Below, piece after piece: positions 36,201-50,300 of a stretch of 64,000 bases of DNA. This DNA is from Zootoca vivipara (Eukaryota): NCBI RefSeq assembly GCF_963506605.1, contig NC_083281.1, positions 81,220,001 to 81,284,000 of the forward strand, given 5' to 3'. Numbering within the stretch: the stretch's first letter is position 1; each line of letters begins with the position of its first letter. Both the position numbers and the translations under genes were made by a program. The notes below the pieces were generated by a model. The model had not been told where the DNA came from. It did not search any database and saw nothing but the letters and a program-made list of their open reading frames with translations.

Positions 36201-36866
36201 GACTTTCTGTCAGCCATCTTATTACTTATTTGTGGGTCCAATTTTGGACCGTCTACTGTAATGTTCTGGGTTATCATTATTCTTTCATTTGGATGAGTTT
36301 GGATGGAAACCCGTTTGTTTTGTGAAAGAATGAACGTGAACTGGAGCCAGTGGCTTTTCCGACAGGGGGAAGTTGAACTAGTTGCTTTTAAATCTGAATA
36401 ACCCAAGCTCTGGTGATTTCCAATTGAGTGATAATTATATATCCAAGCCCATCATGGTTCTTCCAGGCTGTAGGAGCAGGTCCATTAAAGTAAATGGGCC
36501 ACTGCCCCATCAAACTCAACCTGGATTCCTCCAACTCCACCTGACTTCTTATTTTCATCCAGTCTACGGTGAGGCCCTGACTGTCAGCTGCCTCCACCTG
36601 AGTCTCAGGTGTTGTCCCTTGTAGAACTCGGCAGGAAGGAGGATGGGGACAATAGTACAACAAGCTGGTGCTGCCTGATTGGCTCTTACTCAGCCAATCA
36701 TTGGCTCTGGCTCCACCTACTTTTTGGGCTCCCGCCCCACCAGGGAACAATCAGCAATGGGGACAAACTGCGCCGTGCTCCCCTTAGCGTGATGAGCTTC
36801 ATCTCGTTCACCCCAAGAAATTTCAAACCCCGAATAAAAGATGCTAGTCGGTATGAAAATATGCAT

Positions 36867-36872
36867 TTTATT
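36867..36872 (-). terminator. Candidate SCNN1D polyadenylation signal (AATAAA), giving a 3' UTR of about 2.3 kb
   Basis: tttatt on the + strand, at the end of an AT-rich UTR-like tract downstream of the stop. Confidence 0.35.
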
Positions 36873-39123
36873 ACAGGACGGTTACAAAATAACCAGTGCA
36901 GTTTGCATAGTTTTGTTCTTTTTAACCTTCAAGAAGGCGAAGGGGTAGGGGGTGGGGGCAAAATAGGAGCACAATAAATTATTAAGTTACAGCCACAAAA
37001 AAACAGGTCACTTTCCATAATTCTGCCCCCTCTCCCTCTCATTCATGCACACACTCAAAATAAATTACAGTCAAATGTTCTCCTTCAAAATGCATCTGCA
37101 TCCAACCATCAATAGAATTCAACAGCAAGGCAGATGGATATACATTACATATTTCATTCACAGAAAATAATAGATAATAATATAGATAGATATCTACAGG
37201 ATTCTATCCAACACTAGCCATACCACTGAGGTTAATGGACACGACTAATTTAGAGTCATTAAATTCAATGGGTCTTAGTTGGACACCACCCACAGTGATC
37301 CCAGCAGTGTGGGGATAGATTCCCAACTCCCCCTTGCTGAAACAATGCTACTTGGAGTTATTCAGGGAGACATGTTTATCACTTGAGGACTAACACAAGG
37401 CATAGTGTTGACCCCTGGTTAGATTACTCTGTGTGCATGCAGCAGGGGCGTAGGAAGCTGGGGTGTTGGGGACAGTGCGCCCCAAGCGACGCGATCCCAG
37501 GGGCGCCTTCGCCGCGCCACGTCACTGGGGGCAGCGTGCCTGTTCTCCGCCCCTGGTGGCGGAACATGAAGCTCCACCGCTGGCATGCAGTCAAGTTTCT
37601 CCCTCAGGAAGGCTCAAGCAGGTAAATTGCCACTTGGCATGGCAAACTTCAAGTAATGAACAGGGATGACTGAATGAGGCCTGAATGCGTAAAGTGTGGC
37701 ACAGCCCTGAGCTCTGGTGATCTGGTACATCCAGACATCTATTTTCTGTATAAAACTAAATATTTCATAGTTCAGGATTTCCGGATGTCCATTATAGCAA
37801 AGCAATCTTCTGAATACAGTTGGAACATTTCTTTTTCTTTTTCTTTTGATCAAGAAACTATTATGCAAAGGGGAAATCTGGCACATTTTGTGTAAAGCAA
37901 AAGTTCAATGTGCTTGCGAGAATATATCCGTTTACTTTAAAAAGAACAGCAGCCAATATGAACACTGTTGGATTTCGAGGTCTGAAGAGGGGAAATAGGT
38001 AAATAAATCCATTCGAAAAGTTGATATTGGCTTCCAAATTCACCAATAAAATGTAATATTTAAAAGTGCCTTGTAACTAATTTCCTGAGTGAAGAACGGC
38101 CAGTCAGAAGCTGTTGCACTGCCAGCCACTCAAAAGAGCTGACTTTGCATAGTGCTGCTCCCTTGCCACCTGAAGGGGGCGCTGTAACCTGAGTACAGGC
38201 AGTTGCGAGGCTAGACACTGGGGGTTCTCGGGCACCTATCCTGCTCCATGCAAGCTACTGTTTTTCCTCTTCACGTTTGAGAACCCAGCTTATAAACCCT
38301 GAACTTCACATTTTAACAGAGGTAGCACACAATCATAATTAAAAACACTTTCCTTGCCATGGATTTCAGAGCTCAAACAGGAAAGCACTACCTGTCAAAC
38401 AGAAGAGGTATCATGGGCATTACAATCAGCACGGTCAAGTATTCATTGCATCCCTCTGGGATCCCAGAGGCACTGTTAACACAGGCAGAAGAGAACATAG
38501 CCTCGTAAAAAATGTTCGCTAGACACATTTTTTAATGTGTGGGCGGATTAACATTTAACTCAGAGACACCTGTGAAATGTTGACGCTCCCGCCTCTTTGC
38601 CCAGGGACGCCCAGTTGGATCTGGTTCCCTCAGGAGAGCTTCGGCGGGAAGCTACGGTTGCGGCTTTTTATAGGGAACTGGATAACCGCCAGTCACTCTC
38701 TGGCTTTCCTCTTCCCTCAAACGAAAAAAAGGAGGGAAAAAAGGCTTCTCTCATAAGGAGGCCACAGGTCAGTCATCTCTGAAAATACCACCGCGGAACC
38801 AATAACGTGAGGGGGGAAAGGGTCTTCAAGTCGATCCCAGTCCTGAAACGGGTTGCAAATCTGATCCCAAGTTGCGGGGTGGGAAACCTCGCTTCCCTGG
38901 GCTCCATCTTGTTTGCCACTGAACTGTCCGAGGAGGTTCAGAAAAGTCACAAACTCAGTCTCCTGTTGGAGGCCCGGCCCCATCAGTCCAGCACTTCTGA
39001 GCCAGCATTTGTGGGTCAGCAGTCACAACTGTACTGGCCCCACAATTCCCCACAAAACAGCTCTTCTTCAAGGGTATGAAGGTAGGTTTGTAGTTCTCCG
39101 AGATCCGTTCTCTTCGGACGCCA

Positions 39124-39519
39124 TTAGCTGCTGAGGCGCATATCTATGCTATGCTCTTTCCTGCGCTTGAATCCACTCAGCACCACACTTGGGTAGAGCT
39201 CAGGCATCTGGCATGTGCTATACTTTGTGTCTTGGCATGGGATGCCAGTGCCATCGCTGGCGTAAGGTTTTGCCATGTCCTGGGTGCTGGCCAGGCCTTC
39301 CTCCACATAGCGGTACTTCTCCAATGTCAAGCTTATGCTCGGGATGTTTGGGGGTCGAGACACCTTATGCGTCCTCTTGGCCGTGAACTGGCGGTAGAGG
39401 AAGATGAGAGACAAGATGGCGGCATCCACGAGGAACTCCAGCAGCTCCACCACTGACAGCACCGACGACCCAAACCAGAGACTCCAGTTGCTTCCCATGT
39501 TGGACATCATCTGGGTTTC
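39124..39519 (-). CDS. SCNN1D: SCNN1D last coding exon (DEG site, TM2, GSS filter, C-terminal tail)
   Basis: tag|[32 protein letters not shown]...DMRLSS*. Confidence 0.93.
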   Translation of the reverse strand, partial: ETQMMSNMGSNWSLWFGSSVLSVVELLEFLVDAAILSLIFLYRQFTAKRTHKVSRPPNIPSISLTLEKYRYVEEGLASTQDMAKPYASDGTGIPCQDTKYSTCQMPELYPSVVLSGFKRRKEHSIDMRLSS

Positions 39520-42500
39520 CTAGGGAAAACAGACCACCTGATTAGACCAGAGGCGGGGAGTCCTTTGCAGATCGAGGGCCACATAGCCTTCCAGGGAACC
39601 ACATGCCAGTGGTGGGAGGACCAGAAGCATAAATGGGTGTAGCAACAAACGTCAATTTTATCCTTTGTACAAGTAGACTAGTTTCTACACACACTGGTAC
39701 AGTACCTCTCTCAATCCTCCATCCAGGAAAGCAAGAGGTGTGATCAGAGATCAAGGACACATTCCAGCCAGGCCAAAGCACTCGGGGAGGGTGTGAAGTA
39801 GGGCTGGGGAAGAGTTCCTAGGGCCAGATGGAGAGGCCTGGGAGGGCCACACTTGGCCCCTGGACTTTAGCTGCCCAAGCCCCAGGTTAGACATTGCTGT
39901 GACCCTATACGTTGCAGCCAACATTAAAGTCCCACATGGAGTCAACCCATAAACATTTATGGATCTAACTTAGTCATGGCGATTAATTTTTGTGCATCTA
40001 CTCTGAGTATGACTTAGTTGGATACAATGTTTCTCTTCTGCAAATATCTTCGTTTACCTGCCGAGTTGTCCTTTCTTTCTGTTCCTAGTTTTATTTCATT
40101 TCTAATTGCTGCTTGTCTTCCTTAGCCTACGGATTTGTTTGCGGAAGGGCAACTTTATGTGGCCTCTGCTATCAGTTTCAAAGAACTTATAAAGGCTAAG
40201 AACATTATGTGTGTTCTTTCTCTCCTCCTTCCTAATCTCATTTCCCCTTCTGTTGTAATTTTAAGATTCTAAGACAGGGGAGTGGCGTCTGATTCCTGAT
40301 CATTCTAAGCTGCTCCGGGAGAATTTTTTTCAGCCAAAGAACAAGATGCAAAAGGAAATGAATTCCTTTCTTTGGTAATAGTTGTTTCTAACTGCTGTTT
40401 AAGTTGGGCTGGATCCAAGTTGACAGCATAATTCTCTGCATGCTTGCTCACAAGCACAGCAATTGGGTTCAATGGGACTTACTTCCAGGTAAGCATGAAT
40501 ACTATGGGTGCCTATTGTTAGCTGCAGCTGGTTGCCATGGAAACCAGTGGTCCTTAACTCAGTGTTTCCCAACCTTGTGCCTCCAGATGTTTTGGGACTA
40601 CAACTCCCATCATCCCTAGCTAGCAAGACCAGTGGTCAGGAATGATGGGAATTGTAGTCCGAAAACAGCTGGAGGCACAAGGTTGGGAAACACTGCCTTG
40701 ACTCATGACGAAGGTGGTGATCCTAACCCCACTTACCTGGGAATGAATTCAAGAGGACTTACTTCTGAGTAGATACTGGGTTGCAGTCACTTAGCTATAC
40801 TCAGAGTAGACCCATTTCAAGTGAATGAACATGACTAACTAAAGTTAATGTGGGCCGAATAAACACACATATAAAAGCAGAGCAACCTTCAACTTACTGT
40901 ATATTCAGGAGATTCATCCCAAGAATTGTAGTTTAGTCGCTCGTAGTAAATGTTCACCTTGGCAATATCTTTCCTGGCACTGAGGGAAAAGAGTGTCGAG
41001 ATCAAGTTAGTCCAGTGTAAATTTCCCCCCCAACCCATACATTCTATTACAGTTTGAAAGAAAATACATGAAGGTTAATATCAAATATACAGTATCTTTT
41101 TATCAAAGATTTTTTTTAAAAAAAACCTAAATCTAAATAAAAACAAACCAAAATGAAGAAAAGAAAAAAGGGGAAACAACAAAGCAAGAGGAGAAGGGGG
41201 GGGAAGAGAACTTCAAATTCTTCATCTGTCTGCTACATATAAAAAAATTATCCAAAACATCCACTCCATGGTAACTGTCCAGTGTAAATTTGATTGAGGG
41301 AACTTTTGACAAAATTGCGGAGAGACACTGCCAGTCAGTGTAGGCAACACTGAGTTGGATGGACCAAACAACCTCACTCTGTGTGTTCCTTTGCTTCAGG
41401 TGGCTGAGGACCTTTTGTTAAAATGCAAACTGAACTGGTACAGTCAGAAGCGAAGACCAGTGAATGCCAGTGCATCCTCCGCAGCTAACTACATACAGGC
41501 CTGCAGTTGGACTGATCAAAATAAATTTGCTATAGGTAAAGGTAAAGGGACCCCTGACCATTAGGTCCAGTCACGAACGACTCTGGGGTTGCGGCGCTCA
41601 TTTCGCTTTACTGGCCGAGGGAGCCGGCGTACAGCTTCCAGGTCATGTGGCCAGCAGGACTAAGCCGCTTCTGGCGAACCAGAGCAGCGCACGGAAACGC
41701 CGTTTACCTTCCCGCCGGAGTGGTACCTATTTATCTACTTGCACTTTGACGTGCTTTCAAACTGCTAGGTTGGCAGGAGCTGGGACTGAGCAATGGGAGC
41801 TCACTCGGTTGCGGGGATTCCAACCGCCGACCTTCCGATTGGCAAGCCCAAGAGGATCAGTGGTTTAGACCACAGCGCCACCCGCGTCCCACAAATTTGC
41901 TATAGTGCCATGGAAGTGGACTTTCTTTGAGGCTACAGCTCCTACACTTCAAAATTTAGCACCGCACCATAGATGCCAGTTCTGAAGACAGTTGCCAAAT
42001 AATCTTGCATTTATGGTGATAGAGGAGGACTTGACAGCAGCAGCAGCACACCACCCCAAGTAGAAAAAACAACTTGTGACTAACCTGTCGCCGGTGACAT
42101 TGTAGCTGTTCTGGGCTTCCAAAGCTTTGTGAATCCATTTCTAAAAAGGAAGACACAGGAAATGGGTTCAAAATCTGGAATCAGACGCAGCAGATTGTTC
42201 AAGTGGCAATGTGCCAGGGATGGCATAGGGGAGCTGCCAGCTGTCCAAAATATCAGCTGGGCTTGCTCTTGGGCTCTTAAAAGAAGCTTGCTTTGCAGTG
42301 AAGCTTAAAATGCCATTGGGAAAAAGATGACCACCTATGAAGGCCTTTGGGTCAAGCTGCTGTTAAAGGCGGGGTAGCACTGTGCAGTAGAGTAGTTGGC
42401 AATTTGCAATACTAAAAATGGATACATACAAGCAAGGCAGAAGTTGTGTGACTATCGAGTTTTTTAAAAATATGTTGAATATTCAAAACTTTTTGTTTGC

Positions 42501-44308
42501 ACTTAGAAGTTTCATCGATATGTTTAATATATTTTCTTTGCTCTCGTTTTTTAAAAAAGGGAATTTGACACCACTATGGAGGACCTGTTGCACCCTATCA
42601 GATGTTTAAAGAGGCAGAAGGAACAGTTAAATTCTCCTCCTTATAGGAGCACACACCATAGCTGACTGGCTCCTTGATTGGTTGTCTGTTCACTGCAGCA
42701 GGCTCTCTGATTGGTAAGTAACTATCATTAGCCAGCTTAGGAGAACATTGAAAATTTAGCATCCTCCCCCACTCTGAACTCCGCATAGTTTATACTTTAC
42801 CTCCGATTTGGTCGAGGGCCACTTTGCATATCCTGCTGAAAGTTTGTACCAAGTCTCTCTGCCAAGAAGACAAGAATGTAAAAAGGTTACGGGGAACTGT
42901 GCTGCATCAGAACAAAAGCTACAGTGAACTTTTTTATGGTCTCGTCTCCTTTTCTATACTTTGAGATGTGGCGGTCTTTTTATGTTATGTCACACCCCCA
43001 TGGCAGCCAGTTGGTGACTGGAACCCACAGTACGTGCTCAACATTCCCAAAGTGTCCACTAGCCTGAAATGGCCGTATGCATCCTTGGGTGATCTACATG
43101 CAGGTCGCACTTACCGAACACAGCGTGTTCCCTGGAAATTGTTTGTTAGGCGACCAATCAGCTAACAAGATGACAGTTTCCATTATTTCCTATGTGAACA
43201 TTTCTGATCCATGATTCCCCCCCCCCCCACTCTCTTGCAGCCAACCAGCAAGAGAGAGGCAAAGGAAAATCTGGTTTGTTCAAACTCTCCTGCTCCCTGA
43301 TTTATCCAATCTCTCTACCCCCCATTCCTTTTCTCCATGGTTTCTGCCTGAAAACGGTTGCCGCTGACCAGCAAAGCATAAACAAGTATGGAAGTGGGCA
43401 GATTCTGGCTGTTTGGATATCTGAATGAGCTGAGCATGTAACAAGGTTTGGGCCTTTTTTGTGTGTGTGTTTGGATAAGTGAATCTTTGCATAACAAGCA
43501 GACCAATAGTGGGACCTGCATGTGTGACTCAAAAGAGAATGAGATGAGGTAGATATCTAGTGGGCCAGTCGATGAAAAGGCACATATCTGGTCCATGCTA
43601 AGCTTGACCCTGCTACCATTCAAATGTGTCAAAAGCCTTTTCTACTCACTTGCATGGTCTGTGGCATTTGTCAAAACAGGATTCGCTATGAGTGGCATCC
43701 TGATTGTACACACGATTGTACAGGCGATAGAAGCAATGACCTACAAGGGGGGGGGTGGTGGAAATAAAAGGAACAAGTTAAATAGATTGCAGCTGCCACA
43801 GGGAAAATTGAGGATGGCCCTGTTCTGCCATCATCAAGGGTCCTTGTCCAAACCAACCCCCAACATGGTCTGATCAACATTTCCTGTTTCCAGCTGAACT
43901 TAGTTTGAGTGCTTCTTCCTGCTTCAAATTGAACCCACTTTGATTACCACGTCCTGTTTCCAATTTAGCAGTTTGGCTGTCACTTCCTGTTTTCAGCTGA
44001 ATACAGATTGATCAGCACTTCCATCTAACTCAGGCATCCCCAAACTGCGGCCCTCCAGATGTTTTGGCCTACAACTCCCATGATCCCTAGCTAACAGGAC
44101 CAGTGCTCATGGATGATGGGGATTGTAGTCCAAAACATCTGGAGGGCCGAAGTTTGGGGGTGCCTGTTCTAACTGAACATGCTTTGCTTGAATGATGTAG
44201 GGAGAATCCCAAGGACCAGACTGTGAAAGGCTGCATCCAGACCCTGGGCCTGAGATTCCCCACCCCTGAGTCAGCTCATACAAAGTATTCACATTATGGG
44301 TCCTCTTT

Positions 44309-44378
<70 letters not shown>

Positions 44379-47300
44379 GTTGTTTAAGTATCCACCCTAG
44401 TTCAGGTGTGCCAGGAGGTAGCCAACATAGTGCCTTCCAAATTTTGTTGGAACTCTAACTCCCATCAGCCCCAGCCAACATGGCCAATGGACAAGAATGA
44501 TGGGAGTTGGAGTCTAGCAACATTTACAGGCACCACATTGGCTCTCATGGGGGAAACAGCTGGCCAGGCTACATATAGACTCTGTGCCATTGGCCAAATC
44601 AAGTCATTCTGAACACATTTAACCGTGTTTGTGTGTGTGTGTATGTGGCTTCTCCTTACCCCAATTAGGATGCTTGTTATAGTTGCAGTACTCCGTTCTT
44701 GGAGGCAGTGGGTAGTAATAGTACCCACAACCACATTCTTCAATCATTTTCCTCTGGAAGCATGAATGCAAGCAAGCCTGTGGGGCAGTGAAATGGGGTG
44801 GGAGACAGAACAAAACAGAAAGTGCTGTAAGTCCAATTTCTCTGGTGCCTCAAGCCTTTCGCTTCAGATCCGCTAGTGGGGTAGATAGGTGTTAACTTAA
44901 TGGGAAGGGCTATCCCAATGCATTTTGCCACCCGAAGCAGAAGAGCCAAACCCACAACTGCAAAGCAATTTTCCCCAATAGAATGCATGCTTGCTTGGTA
45001 TTTGCAATAATACAGGCGTTCTTATGGAAACTTTGCCTCTGTACATACATCTTTGCACACATTACTTGGCTGGAGAATTGCACTGCACAATTTGGAATGG
45101 GGCAGATTCTGAAGGATGCCTGCCTTTCCAGCTTACCTCGTCAGTTTGAAAACTGCAAAAAACTAGGTAGGTTTGCCTTAAGATCGAAACTGGATCAAAT
45201 TTCTCCCCTCTTCCTTAGCCTGAATTTCACACCCTGATGTGAATTAACTGGGCAGATCTTTGACAGTGAGCCGCTTGCTCTAATTATTTGAGTGATCCAG
45301 CACATGGAAAGGGGCAGGATCTTAAAAAGGCAGAAATGAACAAAGTGGGAAAACAAAGCCTCTGTTTTAGCTGTACCTGCTGCGTATATGTGCTGTTGTA
45401 TATGAGCTTGACAGCCACATCATCTCCGTCCTTTGTACATGTTCCGTAATTTCCGCCTAAGCGAGTCACCTCGTCCTGCGTAGTTGGAGGGAGGAAAGAG
45501 CATATCACTTGGAGTTTAGCATACAGGCCAGAATCAATTCAAAATAAAGAAGCTAAACCTGACAGAGTCCCTCCCCTCTCCACCACTAAAGCAACATCAA
45601 TCCCACAGGGGAGACCATTGCAAACTGTCTGTCGCCAGTTACTGAAAGTCAACTGTCTGGTGGTAGCTGGTGCCCAGCAGGTTTGGTGGGGTGGAACTCA
45701 GAGAGCCCAAAGATTTTGACATTCCCCCAAACTGGGATTACAAAAAAAAACAACCCAATTTGGAATGCCAGTTCAAAAACATCAGGGAGGGGAGGGGAGG
45801 ACCTTTTTTCAGAGCGACGGCTGCATTTACTCTAGGCCAGGCATCCCCAAACTGTGGCCCTCCAGATGTTTTGGCCTGCAACTCCCATGATCCCTAGCTA
45901 AGAGGATCAGTGGTCAGGGATGATGGGAATTGTAGTCCAAAACATCTGGAGGGCCGAAGTTTGGGGATGCCTGCTCTAGGCAAACTTCCGGGGGGGGGGA
46001 GACACAGAACCAAAAGGGGGCGTGGCATTGTATGTAAGGTTTACCCTAGTTTATATCCACATTTACACAAACCCCACTCTATGCGCCATCCAGGCGAGTC
46101 AGAGACACTACCAGAGTTCAAGGGTGCATTTAGCCAGGTAAAAGCAGGGATGCGAATCAGGGTAAGGGATGTGTGGCCTGGGAAGAGAGTGTCAAGGGCC
46201 AGATCAGAAGGAATTTGGCTGCCGGGCCCGAAGTTCCCAATCGCTGATTAAAACACTTTTACCCTGCTCTGCCTCCCAGACACCCCACCACCCCACATCC
46301 CGACCACCCTGTCAGTTTGCATTCCTTAGTACAGAAAGTATTGATCTGATGTTTAGAGTTCTTTCCTGTTCTGCTTAGTTCAAGAGGGTTCTGGAAGGTT
46401 TCTTTCTATGTGAAAGAAACAGGCAGAAGGTCCTTGTTTGGGTTATTCCTTCTGAGAAACTGAGTACTGTACAGCTGGTTTAAACTGGTTCTGTTATCCT
46501 TTCTGTCAATGTCATGCTGACTATAATAGTCAGCCCAGGAGGAGCCTTGGTTTCACTTACTTTCTCTTTCTATCTCTTTGTTCTTGTGTGGTGTTCTGTA
46601 CGTTTAGTGTTGAGGTTCAGTCTTATTATAAGTTCTTGTTAAGGTTAAGTTAAGTTTGCTGTAACTGGATTTCTTATGGACAGTGCCAATTCTGAATGTA
46701 TTGAATTTGTGACCATTATGCTCATTTGCCTTCTGGAGCAGTAAAGCTATGTTGGATGAAGTACAATCGCCTCTGGTCTATTTTTGGGAACTCTGCAACG
46801 TGTTTAGGTTTTTTCCTCTTCCACACACGACACATGTCAAGGTTTTTCCTGTTGCCCATTCAGACACACACACACACCCCCCGATGCTCACCTGTGTGAT
46901 CCCGATGGTGGTTTGAATCCCCGGCCGAATATCAAACCCCTCGTGCTCTAAGAACGCGGTCTGGTTGTGGCTGTGGATCATCACCCTCACACCCGCCTTG
47001 GTGGACAGCAGCGGGATGTGGTCCTTTTGTTCCACTTTGAGGATAAGGGAGAGACCTGGCACCAAAGAAACACAGGAAGGTAAGAAGAACCTGCTGGATT
47101 GGGCCAATGGCCCGTCGAGGAAAAAGCAGAGGGATTCGTCGTCAAAGCACAGCTCTGTCCAAGCAGGAAGTGACATCAGTCTGTTGCTAAACAGGAAGTG
47201 GCATCACCGTGTGGCCAAAGCTCTTTTTATTGCACATGCCCCTCTCTGATGGGAGAGAACGCTGCTCAAAATTTCCACCTACATAGTTGGCCCCTGAGGT

Positions 47301-50300
47301 CACAATGAGCAGCTGTGAAAGCAACGGCTCCTCACACGAGAGAGGGATCGCTTCTGTGTTGCTCACTATGATGTCAGAGACACCCTCATGGGCACAAGAT
47401 CTCACATATATCATCATCGCTAGTGTGTAGGAATGATTCAGGGCCAGCCAAGGACATCTTGCCATCTGAGGCAAGGATAAGATGATGCACTCCAAATGCA
47501 GAAGACCGCTGGGCTAGCAGTTGAAGTTGACCTTGGTGATGTCAGGAAAGCTTTCCCCAACACACCTGAAGGCAGTTACATAAGAAGCTGCTTTATACTG
47601 AGTCAGACCTTTGGTCTATCTAGCTCAGTATCGTCTTACTAGCTTAAGCGCTCCAGAGACCATTTGTTTCAGTGTGCTTTTAAATTGCTGGTGTTTTCTC
47701 ACCCTGCCCTTCAAATCATACATTTACATTGTTTTACAGTTGGCATTGTGTATTGTTTTATAGTGCTAAAACCATCGATTTATGATAGCTCAGTTGCCTT
47801 TGTATATTCAGCTTATCCTACAGGGTGATGGCACAGTTAAACTATGGAAATCTTTGAAGGAGTGATGGGCACGAACTTGGATGTTATCAAAAGAGGATTG
47901 GAGAGATTCGTGGGGGAAAAGACTATCAAAGGTTATTAGCCACGATGGCTACGCTCTGCCTCCACAGTTAGATGGGCCACTGGTCTGATCCAGAAGGCTC
48001 TTAGTATGTTATAGGGTGACCCCACTCCTCCTCACTCTGCCCCCTGAGCTGGCATTCTGGGCCTAGATCCATTGGGTGTACTTTGCCCTAGCAGCGAAAA
48101 TCAAAGTAGGCAGCTTGAAGCCTGCCTGCCTGCCTGCCATCTTAAAATTTGGTATTGCACCTCTGTTGAGAAAGCTATAACAGTGAAAACCAGAAAAGAG
48201 TTTTGCTGTTTTACAAATATCTCTTCCTCTAGCTCCCCTCAGGGTCATCTGTTGTTTGACCCTTCCCGCTTTCCCTCCCTGACCTTTCACCTTAGGAACA
48301 GCACATCATGGGAGAGAGGTTAAGCTTTTCTACCCGGGTCATTTTCTTGATAAAAATCACTTCTCAGATCTTCTATTTGCAGCAATTTTGTGGGGAGGGG
48401 GCATAAAGGTGCCCATATGATACCCGTATATTGTCCCTCTGCTGGGCAAATAGCAGCTTCAAAGGTTATTTTAATCAGGCAAATGACCCTACTGGAAAGG
48501 GTTAACCCACCCATTTTTCCAGTGTCACAGCCCTGATCTGATCTGGGACATAACTGGACCTGTTTTCACTCTAAGGACACACTCTGAAGACAGTAATAAA
48601 ATGGCAGGTTATGTATGCTGGAAAGCAAATGGACATCCAGCCAAACTGACAGCTACCCCTTCCCTCACAGAAACTGCTGGACTGTGAACATTCCGTTTCT
48701 GATAATTTTGCCCTCTTGGTTCACAGCATGTACTTTGACTGATACACCAGCTGAACCAAACTGTGTCTGACCTTCATTGCCTCAAGGGGGGGGGAACACA
48801 ACATCTAGATTTATCTCTGTAGTTTAAAGCAACACGTCTGTGGAACATGATGCGCACTGTACACAGCCTAACTCTTGCAAGCGACCAATAGTCACACTTA
48901 TCTGCCTGCACATTCTTTTTCTCCGTTCTTACCGTAAACGATTCCAGGCTTCAAAGCTTTCCAGAACTCATCTGTCCCGCCTTTATTAAAAGTGTAACAA
49001 CTTCCATAGGCGGGGTGATGAAAGTGCACCGTTTCACTGTAGGGAAGGAAGGAAAGGGGGGGTCAAAATAGGAGCATTTTTTGTTGTTCTCCCTTTTCCA
49101 GCGTTTGTTCACTGGACTTCATTCTCCAGTTCCTCAGCCCTCCAGATGTTTTGGGACTACAACTCCCATCATCCCTGACCACTGGTCCTGTTAGCTAGGG
49201 ATGATGGGAGTTGTAGTCCCAAAACACTTGGAGGGCCGAGTTTGCCTATGCCTGTTCTACAGCCTTCCTTCACCAACGTCCTCGAAAAAGATATGGAACA
49301 GAATGGAGTCTCCTGGAAAGGGCATGGCTGGCTGGATCCCTGAACGGGAGCACGCCACACTGAAATGTTTTGCTGTGGGCGCCCATTAAGTGTTCACAGC
49401 CCCGGGGAGATATGGTGAGATGGAGAGATAACCATCTCGTTCCATGTGACCATGCTGAAACATTTCATCACAAAAGCCATCTCAGAGAAAGGGGGACTTT
49501 TGTGAATAGTATCAGCCTCAGATGATAAGCACACACACCCCACCAGCGGTATTTTGGATTTGGCGGTGGGGGCAGCTAGTGCTTAAGAACAGGGATAAAA
49601 TATAAGGAATATAAATAAAGACACCATAAGAACTTAAGAACATAAGAACAGCCTTTTAGATCAGGCCAATGACTCATAGTCCAGCATCCTGTTCTCACAG
49701 TGGCCAACCAGATGCTCCAATGGGAAGCTCCAAAGCAGAACTGCTCCTGCGGCTTCCAGTAACTGGCATTTATGGGCATTATGTCTCCAGCCTCGAAGGT
49801 GTGGATGTTTAAACATGGCCCTACATGACACCTGCATTCCAAAGCTGACCGTTACTTTTACGAGTGAGGTCATCTCGACTTGGGACGAGAGAGCAGCCCG
49901 AGAGAGGCTCCACCTTCTGGAAGTTTGCTTAAAACTTACAGGAGTTCTGCCAATTACCCTCAATTTGTCCCGGCCGATAACGCTTAAGCAAATGTTTGCT
50001 TGGGTTCATTATCGGCGACACATTTTGATGGGCCCTTGCGGTTAGCTCCGCCGGCTTCTTGTTCCAACAACGGACCCAGGGCGGTGGTGGTAGGGACCGG
50101 TTTGGCTCCACCGAGGGAACAACTGGTACAGTCACACCTTGTACTGTACAGAGAAGAGATAAGGCCAGGCAACGGGATAGCCGGCAACTGCACAACAGCA
50201 CCATGGTTAAAAGTCACTCATGGCAGCACATCCCAAGCCATGTGGGGACCGGCAGGTGATACAAAGGGAAGGGTGTCTCCAGAAGTGAGACTTCTTACAG

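Noticed and set aside
35990-36406. 138-aa minus-strand ORF with protein-like composition
   Set aside because: No convincing splice sites and no recognisable homology
37443-37555. CAGGGGCG...CGCCCCTG inverted-repeat element in the SCNN1D 3' region
   Set aside because: Probably a MITE, but no TSD could be confirmed, so it is left unclassified
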